From positions 4,548-68,547 of the forward strand of contig JBAQNR010000007.1 in assembly GCA_049304035.1 (NCBI GenBank): 64,000 nucleotides of DNA. The letters run 5' to 3'. Numbering within the stretch: position 1 is the first letter of the stretch; each line of letters starts with the position of its first letter. The notes below the pieces were generated by a model that was not told the DNA's origin, searched no databases, and saw nothing but the letters and a program-made list of their open reading frames with translations. Both the position numbers and the translations under genes were made by a program. This stretch comes from Microgenomates group bacterium (GTDB taxonomy: Bacteria; Patescibacteriota; Microgenomatia; UBA1406; GWC2-37-13). Shown here piece after piece: positions 16,728 to 24,459 of the stretch.

Positions 16728-17093
16728 TTACAGATTATATACTGCGTCACGAATTTTGTACATGAATTCTTGTGCATCAACTGGACTAACATAACTTGAA
16801 TTTCTTATTCTTTCTTTCATTGAATCTAAGACGGTTGATTGATTCATTTCCGTTAAATCTGATAAAGAGTGAAAATCCTCAAACGGAGTTGGACAAGAAC
16901 ATCCCGAGTCGCTTGCGGTATAAATCTTTCCATTTTTTGCTTTCCAAACAACGATATAATCAAACTCGTAACTTCCAGAAGACAAATCTATTTGGGCAAC
17001 AATTTCGAGCCCACATTTTTCTGGATTATAATATGGATTTTCATTAAAAACCCAGTTGTTTTCATCCAATGAAAAATCATAATCTCTGAACAT
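16728..17093 (-). CDS. hypothetical protein (121 aa)
   Basis: track ORF; AAGGAGAAGAA SD. Confidence 0.65.
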   Translation of the reverse strand: MFRDYDFSLDENNWVFNENPYYNPEKCGLEIVAQIDLSSGSYEFDYIVVWKAKNGKIYTASDSGCSCPTPFEDFHSLSDLTEMNQSTVLDSMKERIRNSSYVSPVDAQEFMYKIRDAVYNL

Positions 17094-17112
17094 TTCTTCT
17101 CCTTATAAAGTG

Positions 17113-17134
17113 TGAATAAAATCAGCCTTTTATA
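17113..17134. repeat. AT-palindrome family copy
   Basis: tgaataaaatcagccttttata. Confidence 0.55.
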
Positions 17135-17369
17135 GATTCTTTACCAAAGAAAATCCATTTGCTTCCAAAACCTCAATGCAATTTGACATAATAAAATCCT
17201 CGGCGCTATCAAAAATCCTCATTGGATTTCTTTCCTTTAGAGGATATTTATACCACAAAATGCATCTTCCATCTGAAAATAATTCAAATGTAAAAAAGGA
17301 ACCGACAGAATACTTTTCATATTCCTTTATTTTGTTCGTAATTTCGCACAAATATTCATTTTGCCACAT
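17130..17369 (-). CDS. hypothetical protein (79 aa)
   Basis: track ORF trimmed to ATG 17369 with CGGAGGAAAA SD. Confidence 0.6.
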   Translation of the reverse strand: MWQNEYLCEITNKIKEYEKYSVGSFFTFELFSDGRCILWYKYPLKERNPMRIFDSAEDFIMSNCIEVLEANGFSLVKNL

Positions 17370-17382
17370 TTTTCCTCCGATG

Positions 17383-17406
17383 TTGATAAAATACAAATTT
17401 TATTTA
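17383..17406. repeat. AT-palindrome family copy
   Basis: ttgataaaatacaaattttattta. Confidence 0.6.
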
Positions 17407-17558
17407 TAGTCGACGAATTCTTTGATTAGTTTTCCACCAAAGAATAAAAAACATCCCGCAAAGAAGAATCCCACTTCTGCACCCTTCCAAGATTCGGGAA
17501 AAATCTCTGTAAAAAAGTAAATCAGAATAATCAATCCAAACTTTTCATAGTTATTCAT
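17400..17558 (-). CDS. small membrane protein (52 aa)
   Basis: ATG 17558 with GGAGGAAAA SD; hydrophobic; below track cutoff. Confidence 0.45.
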   Translation of the reverse strand: MNNYEKFGLIILIYFFTEIFPESWKGAEVGFFFAGCFLFFGGKLIKEFVDYK

Positions 17559-17574
17559 TTTTCCTCCAACAGAA

Positions 17575-17598
17575 TTGATAAAACATAGATTTTATTGA
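17575..17598. repeat. AT-palindrome family copy
   Basis: ttgataaaacatagattttattga. Confidence 0.55.
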
Positions 17599-17822
17599 TA
17601 GTGATTTTCAATTGCTTCTGTTACTTTTTTCTTGAAATAATCCAACAAATCCAATTCATCACTCGAAACTCTGAAATAAACCACCTCAGAAAACCAACCA
17701 GAAGATTCGGTTGTTATTTCATCAACATCTAGCCCTAAATCCCAACACGCAGTTCTAATAAAATTTGGAATTCTGTTTGCTTTTGTCCCCTCAATCTTTC
17801 CACCAATCGAATATCTTCCCAT
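17592..17822 (-). CDS. hypothetical protein (76 aa)
   Basis: track ORF; CGGAGTA SD inside the upstream gene end. Confidence 0.6.
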   Translation of the reverse strand: MGRYSIGGKIEGTKANRIPNFIRTACWDLGLDVDEITTESSGWFSEVVYFRVSSDELDLLDYFKKKVTEAIENHYQ

Positions 17823-17823
17823 A

Positions 17824-18039
17824 TCAATACTCCGTTATAAAAAGCGCACATTCCTGTAATTTTTTGCTATCATAAAACGGGTCATATTCCGTTCCACGAA
17901 TTGAATTTGCAATATCAGGATGCAAATCATACAAGAAGTTGAAAAAACATTGACCCATTCTCAAATATGAATGAGCCGCATGTTCAGCACGAGCCAATTC
18001 TAATATTTTTGATACTTCCTCGATTGTTAGTTTTTGCAT
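17824..18039 (-). CDS. hypothetical protein (71 aa)
   Basis: track ORF; AAGGAGAAAAT SD. Confidence 0.6.
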   Translation of the reverse strand: MQKLTIEEVSKILELARAEHAAHSYLRMGQCFFNFLYDLHPDIANSIRGTEYDPFYDSKKLQECALFITEY

Positions 18040-18049
18040 TATTTTCTCC

Positions 18050-18343
18050 TTATAAATTTACTTTGAAATTTCCAATTAAATTTCCAAAATATTTCCGTGG
18101 ATTTTGTTCAATGATTTTGGAAACTTCTATAATCAAATCCACAGGAAGATGAAAATATTCTGCAATTTGATATTTATCTAAACTAATCCCCCATTTTCCC
18201 TTATTGTTTCCGTGGTCGCTTATTTTTCGGATAATAATTGCCGTCATGTGATTTGCTATGGTCTCGACAATTTTTGGGTCAATATTCCATTGCCGAGAAA
18301 TTATTTCAGCATCAATTATATCACTTTTTGCAAGATTAGTCAT
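18050..18343 (-). CDS. hypothetical protein (97 aa)
   Basis: track ORF; TAGGAGAAAAAC SD. Confidence 0.6.
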   Translation of the reverse strand: MTNLAKSDIIDAEIISRQWNIDPKIVETIANHMTAIIIRKISDHGNNKGKWGISLDKYQIAEYFHLPVDLIIEVSKIIEQNPRKYFGNLIGNFKVNL

Positions 18344-18440
18344 GTTTTTCTCCTATGTGAAAGAATTCCAAAAGTGAAACAAAAACTAGCATAACAAATC
18401 CATATCCAACAACTTCCAGGATTTTTGCAAAAATGTGCAT
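18336..18440 (-). CDS. small membrane peptide (34 aa)
   Basis: ATG 18440 with AAAGGAGTT SD; hydrophobic core; below track cutoff. Confidence 0.35.
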   Translation of the reverse strand: MHIFAKILEVVGYGFVMLVFVSLLEFFHIGEKHD

Positions 18441-18442
18441 TT

Positions 18443-18787
18443 TTATAACTCCTTTATTTGTTTCAGAATTTCTTCCATTTCTTCATCGTTTTCCAATCTG
18501 ATAACATCATCGGTAATTGGTGTATCATAAACAATTTTCCACTTGTTCATAAAACCATATTTTGTTACTGCCAATTCCATTTCAAAATTTGTTCCGAGAT
18601 GAGATACGACACTTGCCCCATATCCGTTTGGAAATTTAAATTCTTCGCAATATCCGTCAAATAATTTTCCAGATTTCACAACGTAGTTTCTGATATTCTC
18701 AGAAAAATGAACGGGTGCGCCGCATTGAGGACACGTTCTTTCATCCCCTTTTAATCCACTTCCACAAAACCTACAACTTGTAATCAT
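18443..18787 (-). CDS. zinc-ribbon protein (114 aa)
   Basis: CRFCGS...CPQCGAP at N-terminus; trimmed to ATG 18787 with AAAGGAGAAAA SD. Confidence 0.6.
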   Translation of the reverse strand: MITSCRFCGSGLKGDERTCPQCGAPVHFSENIRNYVVKSGKLFDGYCEEFKFPNGYGASVVSHLGTNFEMELAVTKYGFMNKWKIVYDTPITDDVIRLENDEEMEEILKQIKEL

Positions 18788-18799
18788 TTTTTCTCCTTT

Positions 18800-18877
18800 G
18801 TGATTATGAAAATTAAATATATCATGATTGTACAGAATTCTCCCCATTATTGATTCTGTACAAATTGATTATTTAAC
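18800..18877 (-). promoter_or_regulatory. PeSL-like class II stem-loop plus extended -10 promoter
   Basis: 11-bp perfect arms 18828-18838/18853-18863; on the minus strand followed by TCA-TGaTATATT; paralogous to the 20226 copy (shared TTTAATTTTCATAA). Confidence 0.55.
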
Positions 18878-18900
18878 TTGATAAAATGGTTGTTTTATTC
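18878..18900. repeat. AT-palindrome family copy
   Basis: ttgataaaatggttgttttattc. Confidence 0.6.
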
Positions 18901-19092
18901 GGGAAACCAAGAGTATGAGCAAACAATAATAATATCTCCACGATAATCTGCTTTATCAATTTCTTTTAGCGCTTCTTCTTCTGATTTGTATCCATAGATA
19001 TTGAAAACACTTTTTCCCCATCTTTTTGGATGTTTTAGCAATCCGTTTTCATCAATATCATAAACAATATATCTTTTTTCACGTTTATGCAT
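18895..19092 (-). CDS. hypothetical protein (65 aa)
   Basis: track ORF; GGAGGACTAAAA SD. Confidence 0.6.
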   Translation of the reverse strand: MHKREKRYIVYDIDENGLLKHPKRWGKSVFNIYGYKSEEEALKEIDKADYRGDIIIVCSYSWFPE

Positions 19093-19094
19093 TT

Positions 19095-19451
19095 TTAGTC
19101 CTCCGTATGATTTTCTGGAAAAGCAGGATTATCTTCCACATGTCTTTTATTGCCGATTTTTTGTGTTAACAAAAGATTTTGTTCTTCTTTCGTCAACATT
19201 GGAAAATATTTTTCCCTAAACTTTTCCTGATTTTTATCCCATAAAGTTTGTGGCTCATAATAATATTCGTGCTTGAGCCAATTTGCAAATGGTAAATCCC
19301 CACGAGTCCAGAAAAATTTCGCAATTGTTTCTGCCCCATCTGGAATTCTCTGCATAGCATAAAACTCTGGATAAATATCATTTAACTTTATTGCTTGACG
19401 ATGAATTTTTCCATTAAGAAAATAGACATAATAATTCTTTGGGGTTTTCAT
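19095..19451 (-). CDS. hypothetical protein (118 aa)
   Basis: track ORF; AAGGACATG SD-like. Confidence 0.6.
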   Translation of the reverse strand: MKTPKNYYVYFLNGKIHRQAIKLNDIYPEFYAMQRIPDGAETIAKFFWTRGDLPFANWLKHEYYYEPQTLWDKNQEKFREKYFPMLTKEEQNLLLTQKIGNKRHVEDNPAFPENHTED

Positions 19452-19460
19452 TTCATGTCC

Positions 19461-19577
19461 TTAAAAATTGTCATAAACATCGCAACAATATGAATATGAT
19501 ATTCCATAGAAATTATGCCAAATCAATTTCTTTCCTGGAATTATTGACGCAATCTTTTTCACGTTTATGATTTTCAT
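19461..19577 (-). CDS. small hypothetical protein (38 aa)
   Basis: ATG 19577 with TAGGAGAATAA SD; below track cutoff. Confidence 0.35.
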   Translation of the reverse strand: MKIINVKKIASIIPGKKLIWHNFYGISYSYCCDVYDNF

Positions 19578-19579
19578 GA

Positions 19580-19753
19580 TTATTCTCCTATTGTCCAATA
19601 ATAGCCATTCCAAACCCAAAACGAAATTTCCTTATCCAAATAAATTTCATTCTGGAGTCCATCAAACATTTTTTGGATTGAAGAAAATTCCTCAACCATA
19701 TTGCAAACAATCCCCTTGTCAATTGAAATCCCGTACTTTTTTCGTGTTGCCAT
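19580..19753 (-). CDS. small hypothetical protein (57 aa)
   Basis: ATG 19753 with AAAGGAGAAAA SD; below track cutoff. Confidence 0.45.
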   Translation of the reverse strand: MATRKKYGISIDKGIVCNMVEEFSSIQKMFDGLQNEIYLDKEISFWVWNGYYWTIGE

Positions 19754-19762
19754 TTTTCTCCT

Positions 19763-19930
19763 TTAGAATATCAGAGTGAACAAATACACAATCAACAAAA
19801 CAACCGCCGCTGGAATTGTGAAGTACAAACTTACCCAGAAAAATCCAATCACACCCAAAAGAAAATCCGCGATATTATGTTTCTTTTTGAAACAGTCAAT
19901 TTCTGTTGTTCCCAATATTCGTGTTTTCAT
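19763..19930 (-). CDS. small membrane protein (55 aa)
   Basis: ATG 19930 with AGGAGAAAAAA SD; C-terminal hydrophobic segments. Confidence 0.45.
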   Translation of the reverse strand: MKTRILGTTEIDCFKKKHNIADFLLGVIGFFWVSLYFTIPAAVVLLIVYLFTLIF

Positions 19931-19939
19931 TTTTTTCTC

Positions 19940-20209
19940 CTATTGAAATAGACATGGGTATTCCGAAATTTTATTTACTTTCAAAGATTGTTTAGTTATG
20001 GATTGCGTTTTTCTCCTGTACTCAATTGTTATGGCGGTGTAATTTCTAACAATCAAAATAATCCAACATCTATCTCCGAGATTTTCCCCATCTCCCAAAA
20101 TAAACGCTGTATCAATTCCTTCTGATTTTTTTGTTAGAAATTCAACCATTTCAATATCTACCGGTATATTTCTGTTGATTATCTGATTTCGGGCATGTTG
20201 ATTTATCAT
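19940..20209 (-). CDS. hypothetical protein (89 aa)
   Basis: track ORF; AAGGAGTCAAA SD. Confidence 0.6.
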   Translation of the reverse strand: MINQHARNQIINRNIPVDIEMVEFLTKKSEGIDTAFILGDGENLGDRCWIILIVRNYTAITIEYRRKTQSITKQSLKVNKISEYPCLFQ

Positions 20210-20225
20210 TTTGACTCCTTTCCTT

Positions 20226-20295
20226 TATGAAAATTAAATGTCCATGACCGTACAAAATCTTGCCCCGTTGATTTTGTACAGATTGGTATTTAATT
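20226..20295 (-). promoter_or_regulatory. PeSL-like class II stem-loop with TCATGG flank
   Basis: 10-bp perfect arms 20250-20259/20270-20279; on the minus strand followed by TCATGGACATTTAATTTTCATAA. Confidence 0.5.
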
Positions 20296-20484
20296 CTAAT
20301 CCAGCGCTCTTTTTTTCCAGATTTCAAAAAATCGCTCTTTTGGTTCTTTTACCACACAAATATTGTATTCTTCTGGGGTTATTTCAAATAGTTTTCCATT
20401 ATGAAAAATATACAGTGGCTCTGGATAATTCTTCAATTCTAAAATATCACCTTCTCCAAATTGTCCATCTATTCTAATAATCAT
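20296..20484 (-). CDS. hypothetical protein (62 aa)
   Basis: track ORF; GAGGAAAAA SD. Confidence 0.6.
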   Translation of the reverse strand: MIIRIDGQFGEGDILELKNYPEPLYIFHNGKLFEITPEEYNICVVKEPKERFFEIWKKRALD

Positions 20485-20633
20485 TTTTTCCTCAGAGTCA
20501 AGATATATTCTTCACCGCCAAAAACAATTGTGATTGAGTTTTTTTCCGAGAAAACTTCGGCGCATCCTGATTCAATTCGACTCTCGGTGGTTCCGTTTAT
20601 CAAATCAAATAAGTGGTAAAGCAAATATTTCAT
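20481..20633 (-). CDS. small hypothetical protein (50 aa)
   Basis: ATG 20633 with GGAGGATAAAA SD; ATGA overlap with next gene. Confidence 0.45.
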   Translation of the reverse strand: MKYLLYHLFDLINGTTESRIESGCAEVFSEKNSITIVFGGEEYILTLRKK

Positions 20634-20646
20634 TTTATCCTCCGTG

Positions 20647-20670
20647 TTGATAAAATATTAGTTTTATTTA
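20647..20670. repeat. AT-palindrome family copy
   Basis: ttgataaaatattagttttattta. Confidence 0.6.
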
Positions 20671-20838
20671 TACTTTGATGATGTAAAATCCACCATGTTT
20701 CAATTCGATTTTGAAATTGAATGTGTCAAATTTATTCGACAACATCCTCAAAACTTCTGACAATTCGGTTTTATAGCAAAAACATTCCCCGAATGTCTCA
20801 TATTGAAGAGACAAATATTCTTCCACTTCTTTTGACAT
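20668..20838 (-). CDS. hypothetical protein (56 aa)
   Basis: track ORF (TTG) trimmed to ATG 20838 with GGAGGTTGAT SD. Confidence 0.55.
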   Translation of the reverse strand: MSKEVEEYLSLQYETFGECFCYKTELSEVLRMLSNKFDTFNFKIELKHGGFYIIKV

Positions 20839-20853
20839 ATCAACCTCCAAATA

Positions 20854-20877
20854 TTGATAAAATAATGTTTTTATCTA
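20854..20877. repeat. AT-palindrome family copy
   Basis: ttgataaaataatgtttttatcta. Confidence 0.6.
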
Positions 20878-20879
20878 TA

Positions 20880-21083
20880 CTATTTTTCCAGAATATATTC
20901 CCGTTGTCCATGAAAAACAATAAACATTCCTTTTGTATTTTCATAGAGTTGGTATACTCTTCCAATGGTAGTCTTACCAGAATCATCCACAATAAAAACA
21001 CTTTCGGGAATACCTTCTTCATTCAATGAAATATCATCTTGCTTGAACCAGTAATCTCTTCCATATTTATGTTTTTCTGGCAT
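20880..21083 (-). CDS. hypothetical protein (67 aa)
   Basis: track ORF trimmed to ATG 21083 with GAGGAGAGTT SD. Confidence 0.55.
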   Translation of the reverse strand: MPEKHKYGRDYWFKQDDISLNEEGIPESVFIVDDSGKTTIGRVYQLYENTKGMFIVFHGQREYILEK

Positions 21084-21101
21084 GTTAACTCTCCTCATCC
21101 A

Positions 21102-21125
21102 TTGATAAAATGGATATTTTATTTA
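21102..21125. repeat. AT-palindrome family copy
   Basis: ttgataaaatggatattttattta. Confidence 0.6.
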
Positions 21126-21470
21126 TGTTTTCAGATTTACAACGGTTCTATCTTCATCCCCAATAAAACACGTTCCTTCTTCTTCCCAATATTCAGGAAG
21201 ATTCCCTTCAACATTTAAAGCGAATTCAATTTCTTTTTCGTTTTCATCATCGTAACAAATCGCAATTTCCCCATATCTTCCAAAATCATGAGATTGCCAA
21301 TGGATTTTAAAATAACAACTCAAATCATCTGAAATTGGAAACAATTTTTCCAAATAGGATTTATAGCGATTTAATTCCTGACGCATAGCGGGAATATAAT
21401 CCTCATTTGGATTTACTTGCACACAGTCTTCTCCGCAGGGGGTACAACCCAATTCAAAAGAATCTCTCAT
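21123..21470 (-). CDS. hypothetical protein (115 aa)
   Basis: track ORF; GGAGAAAAATA SD. Confidence 0.65.
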   Translation of the reverse strand: MRDSFELGCTPCGEDCVQVNPNEDYIPAMRQELNRYKSYLEKLFPISDDLSCYFKIHWQSHDFGRYGEIAICYDDENEKEIEFALNVEGNLPEYWEEEGTCFIGDEDRTVVNLKT

Positions 21471-21712
21471 TATTTTTCTCCAAGAATTTCATCAATCAAA
21501 TTAACATTGTTGTTGGTGTCAAATCCAAACAAAACGTTCTCCACTTGAACCAAGGCAACCATTCTTTCACGATTCTTTTCTTTTTCGGCTTTTCCTATTT
21601 CCATCTTGAGAAATTCCACGGTGTTTAGGTAATTTTTCTCCATTCTTTCTTCTTCATTGAGAAATTTGCTTTTTAATTCCTTGAATTTAAGAACGTCACC
21701 GACCGTTATCAT
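21470..21712 (-). CDS. hypothetical coiled-coil protein (80 aa)
   Basis: track ORF; AAGGAGAAAAATC SD. Confidence 0.6.
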   Translation of the reverse strand: MITVGDVLKFKELKSKFLNEEERMEKNYLNTVEFLKMEIGKAEKEKNRERMVALVQVENVLFGFDTNNNVNLIDEILGEK

Positions 21713-21723
21713 GATTTTTCTCC

Positions 21724-21891
21724 TTAGAAAACTAATTCAACTTCATCCCAAGTGAAATATCCTACGCCAACCTTGAGTTCCACTTTAATAACTTCCTGCT
21801 CCAAAAAAAGACGAGCGGGAAAAGTTTCCACAATTGTTCCAATTTGCCCATGATTATAACATTCTTTCAAGATTTTTACTTTTTGTAACAT
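21724..21891 (-). CDS. small hypothetical protein (55 aa)
   Basis: track ORF trimmed to ATG 21891 with AAAGGAGAAAA SD. Confidence 0.5.
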   Translation of the reverse strand: MLQKVKILKECYNHGQIGTIVETFPARLFLEQEVIKVELKVGVGYFTWDEVELVF

Positions 21892-22343
21892 TATTTTTCT
21901 CCTTTCAATATATTCCTGATTTTCAACAATCTTGAACAAAATTCTCGTTGAGTTAAAACAGTGTGGCTTTCATCATTTTTTCCCATAGAATGAGTCAATG
22001 ACGAATTTCCAGTTGCCAGCAAAGCATTTTTGAAACTTGAATTTTTTGACAATTCAAAAAATGCCCTGTCTAACAAATCCTGATAATCTTGTGAATGACG
22101 ATTGATTTCTTTTCCCTGCCAAAATAATGTTTGAGTCTTCCACCATTTTTTTGGCTTTCCCTTAAATTTTGCTTGCTTTCCTACTAAAGTGCAAACAAAT
22201 TTTTGCATTTCCACATCCTTAAATTTCAAGGATTGCAGAAATCCTTCCATGGAATTGCATGGAATTCCGTCAATAATGAACGGATGCGGCGCAAAATTTG
22301 AGAGACTCGAAGCAGGAAAACCATTTCCGCTTCCAATATCCAT
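21891..22343 (-). CDS. NADAR (YbiA/DUF1768)-like protein, candidate ADP-ribose-processing enzyme
   Basis: LSNFAPHPFIIDGIPCNSMEGFLQSLKF ... ALLATGNSSLTHS parallels E. coli YbiA FSNFAAWPIKVDGKTWPTSEHYFQAQKF ... LLATAPAKLVEHT (from memory); trimmed to ATG 22343. Confidence 0.6.
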   Translation of the reverse strand: MDIGSGNGFPASSLSNFAPHPFIIDGIPCNSMEGFLQSLKFKDVEMQKFVCTLVGKQAKFKGKPKKWWKTQTLFWQGKEINRHSQDYQDLLDRAFFELSKNSSFKNALLATGNSSLTHSMGKNDESHTVLTQREFCSRLLKIRNILKGEK

Positions 22344-22354
22344 TTTTTTCTCCT

Positions 22355-22425
22355 TTTGGTTATATTTTGACTTATAAATATCCACAAACGAATTTGCGAA
22401 TATTTATAAATCCCCCTGAATAAAA
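22355..22425 (-). promoter_or_regulatory. class III element: GGGGGAT plus 17-bp AT-rich stem-loop plus AGTCAAAAT
   Basis: arms 22372-22388/22393-22409 with two non-WC positions, both G.U on minus RNA; atccccc at 22410-22416. Confidence 0.55.
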
Positions 22426-22662
22426 CTATATATTAAGAAATCTAAAGATTAATTCCGCGTCCCATTTTTCAACCTCTATTGTTAAATCCTTGGTTGTCTT
22501 TTCACAGGCATCGCAGAAAAGATAATGGGAATTCGTTGATAAAACTTCATCCCATAAATGTTTTCCATCACAGCAATTTCTTTTTTTCCAATATTCTAAT
22601 TCTTTTTCCGTCCACTCCCTTTCTCCATCTATTTGGTAACTTTTTCCGAGATAAGAGTCCAT
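22426..22662 (-). CDS. hypothetical Cys-containing protein (78 aa)
   Basis: track ORF trimmed to ATG 22662 with GGAGGAAAA SD. Confidence 0.6.
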   Translation of the reverse strand: MDSYLGKSYQIDGEREWTEKELEYWKKRNCCDGKHLWDEVLSTNSHYLFCDACEKTTKDLTIEVEKWDAELIFRFLNI

Positions 22663-22676
22663 TTTTCCTCCAAGTG

Positions 22677-22700
22677 TTGATAAAACGAAGATTTTATACA
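22677..22700. repeat. AT-palindrome family copy
   Basis: ttgataaaacgaagattttataca. Confidence 0.6.
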
Positions 22701-22869
22701 GAATATGCACTATGCCAAATCATTTTCGCAAAAGAAATTTTCCTCGGAAAATTTGGGTCATCATAAAATTCCTCGGAAAAGGTTACGAATGGAAGTTGTG
22801 AAAACCAAGGGGTTTCATGTCCAATTGAAATCGAAAAATTTCTTTCCTTGAACTTGAATTTTATCTCCA
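22693..22869 (-). CDS. small hypothetical protein (58 aa)
   Basis: ATG 22869 with AAGGAAAAAAC SD-like; below track cutoff. Confidence 0.4.
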
Positions 22870-22882
22870 TAATGTTTTTTCC

Positions 22883-23050
22883 TTATGCGTCAATCGATTC
22901 GATTTCACAGTTTTCCCTGCGGATTAATTCCCTTTCAATTTCCCGTAGGTTATACGGAATATATGACAATGAGATTCTGTCATCATCGTAGCACAAAATT
23001 TCCTCCATCCATTTTACCAGTTGTTTTTTATCTTCCAGTTCTAATTCCAT
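22883..23050 (-). CDS. small hypothetical protein (55 aa)
   Basis: ATG 23050 with GGAGAAATAAAA SD; below track cutoff. Confidence 0.45.
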   Translation of the reverse strand: MELELEDKKQLVKWMEEILCYDDDRISLSYIPYNLREIERELIRRENCEIESIDA

Positions 23051-23052
23051 TT

Positions 23053-23199
23053 TTATTTCTCCTTTTCAATTTCTGATATTTCCACAGTTATCCTGTGGAT
23101 TTTTCCCATATATTTAAAAGTGATAACATTACCTTCAATATTGGGACGCGCAAAACGAAATATATCCCTGATTCTCGACAGTATCATAATTATGTCCAT
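23053..23199 (-). CDS. small hypothetical protein (48 aa)
   Basis: track ORF trimmed to ATG 23199 with AGGAGAAGAT SD. Confidence 0.45.
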   Translation of the reverse strand: MDIIMILSRIRDIFRFARPNIEGNVITFKYMGKIHRITVEISEIEKEK

Positions 23200-23230
23200 A
23201 TCTTCTCCTAATTTGAAAATTGACAAAAGC

Positions 23231-23272
23231 CTGCCGATAATATTTCCCCGTAAATTCATCAATTATCGGCAG
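23231..23272 (-). promoter_or_regulatory. 11-bp perfect inverted repeat just downstream of promoter (operator or 5' UTR hairpin)
   Basis: ctgccgataat (23231-23241) / attatcggcag (23262-23272), 20-nt loop. Confidence 0.5.
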
Positions 23273-23283
23273 ATATTTCGTTA

Positions 23284-23312
23284 ATTTTACAACTTATTTG
23301 TTATTTTGTCAA
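23284..23312 (-). promoter_or_regulatory. sigma70/sigmaA-type promoter (minus strand)
   Basis: TTGACA (23312-23307), 17 nt, TAAAAT (23289-23284). Confidence 0.6.
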
Positions 23313-23313
23313 G

Positions 23314-23520
23314 TTAATTTTCAATCAGTCCATTATCAAAAAGGATTTGTTCCATCTTGATTTTCAAAAATTCCTCATGGCGTTTTTCACCAAGAGATTT
23401 TCCAGGATTCCACTGAACATATCCCTTTTTACTTGCGCCATGCTTTGTTGTGATTCTTTTTCCCTTCTTTTTGTTATTCTTGCTGTTATTTCCATCAAAA
23501 GATTTATTTGTTGTTTGCAT
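23314..23520 (-). CDS. basic Lys/Asn-rich protein (68 aa)
   Basis: track ORF; AAGGAGAAAATC SD. Confidence 0.6.
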   Translation of the reverse strand: MQTTNKSFDGNNSKNNKKKGKRITTKHGASKKGYVQWNPGKSLGEKRHEEFLKIKMEQILFDNGLIEN

Positions 23521-23531
23521 GATTTTCTCCT

Positions 23532-23732
23532 TTAAGAAAATTTTACCAAAATAATTCCGTCAAAAATATCAGAATAAACAACGGGAAATCCATTGTTATT
23601 CAAATATTCCAGAACGGACGAATCGGTTGTAGAAAGTGTGAACAGAGTCCACCAACCATTTGAAATTACGGTGAATTCTTCCACGTGATTCGGTTTTTCC
23701 GCAAGCCAAATCTTCATGTCTTCAACTTTCAT
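23532..23732 (-). CDS. hypothetical protein (66 aa)
   Basis: track ORF trimmed to ATG 23732 with AGGAGAAAAAATC SD. Confidence 0.55.
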   Translation of the reverse strand: MKVEDMKIWLAEKPNHVEEFTVISNGWWTLFTLSTTDSSVLEYLNNNGFPVVYSDIFDGIILVKFS

Positions 23733-23743
23733 GATTTTTTCTC

Positions 23744-23938
23744 CTATTGCTGACAAATTTCCAAAATATCTTCTTGCGGAATAATTCCAGTTTCCGCAAG
23801 ATTTGCGACACAATCCGCCTCGAAATCTGATGGTTGGATTTTCGAAATTGAATCCACCATAAAAAATATGGCGATTGTAAGAGCCAATAGAATGACGGTT
23901 TTATTTCTGTTTTTCATGAGTAAATTTGTAAAATCCAT
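23744..23938 (-). CDS. small protein with N-terminal signal/TM segment (64 aa)
   Basis: track ORF trimmed to ATG 23938; weak SD; start uncertain. Confidence 0.4.
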   Translation of the reverse strand: MDFTNLLMKNRNKTVILLALTIAIFFMVDSISKIQPSDFEADCVANLAETGIIPQEDILEICQQ

Positions 23939-24047
23939 AATCTTCCATTTCTGCGTTGTCCAGCATAGCAATTGTCACGAATTGCCGCCTTTAATTCGAT
24001 TTGAAATTCCATATAGTTATCAAACTCGTATTCAATCATTTTTGACA
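23913..24047 (-). CDS. small hypothetical protein (44 aa)
   Basis: ATG 24047 with AAGGAGAAAAA SD; below track cutoff. Confidence 0.4.
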
Positions 24048-24145
24048 TTTTTTCTCCTTATGGATATAATGATGCTAAAACCCAAATTACAAAACACAAA
24101 ACAACTCCGACCTTTTGCCACATTGGAATTCTTTTAGATGCCATA

Positions 24146-24340
24146 TTATTGCCCAAGATTTCTTTTCAAAGATTCAATTTGAGACTCTACATACATGAGC
24201 CTTGATGGTTTAGGAACAAAATATATAAACCCATTCCTTTTATTTGCCTCAAGACTTTCTTCATGCATCTTTTTCAGAGTCTCAAACTCTTTTTCAAACT
24301 TTGAGAGAATTTCTTCTCTCTTTTGCTTTTTTGTTTTCAT
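24146..24340 (-). CDS. hypothetical coiled-coil protein (64 aa)
   Basis: track ORF; TGGAGAAAAAC SD. Confidence 0.6.
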   Translation of the reverse strand: MKTKKQKREEILSKFEKEFETLKKMHEESLEANKRNGFIYFVPKPSRLMYVESQIESLKRNLGQ

Positions 24341-24374
24341 AGTTTTTCTCCATTTGAATTTATTTTTGAAACAG

Positions 24375-24454
24375 TGGCAATGGGGAGATTCGAACTCCGC
24401 AATTCTTCCTTTCGGCGATTTCCCAGAATCATTTGGAAATTGTGCGCCATTGCC
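24375..24454 (-). ncRNA. tRNA-like element (canonical acceptor stem and T-arm, non-canonical D/anticodon region)
   Basis: minus strand GGCAATG...CGGAGTTCGAATCTCCC-CATTGCC-A: perfect 7-bp (extendable to 9-bp) acceptor stem and GTTCGAATC T-loop; the middle folds as one long arm (ATTTCCAA/TGGGAAAT, loop AUGAUUC) plus CCGAAAGG hairpin; no cloverleaf found by hand. Confidence 0.45.
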
Positions 24455-24459
24455 ATTTA

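Noticed and set aside
6031-20250. Mini-ORFs starting at the ATG inside the conserved TCATGG flank (for example M-V-L-stop at about 6034, M-E-L-stop at about 9322, M-D-I-stop at about 20246)
   Set aside because: No SD precedes them because the hairpin abuts the ATG. Lengths and frames are inconsistent between copies. The TG is better explained as the extended -10 TGn element.
24375-24454. Calling the element a standard tRNA with a defined anticodon
   Set aside because: The acceptor and T arms are canonical, but I could not form a D-arm or a 5-bp/7-nt anticodon arm by hand. There is also a C.C mismatch at position 49:65. It is reported only as tRNA-like.
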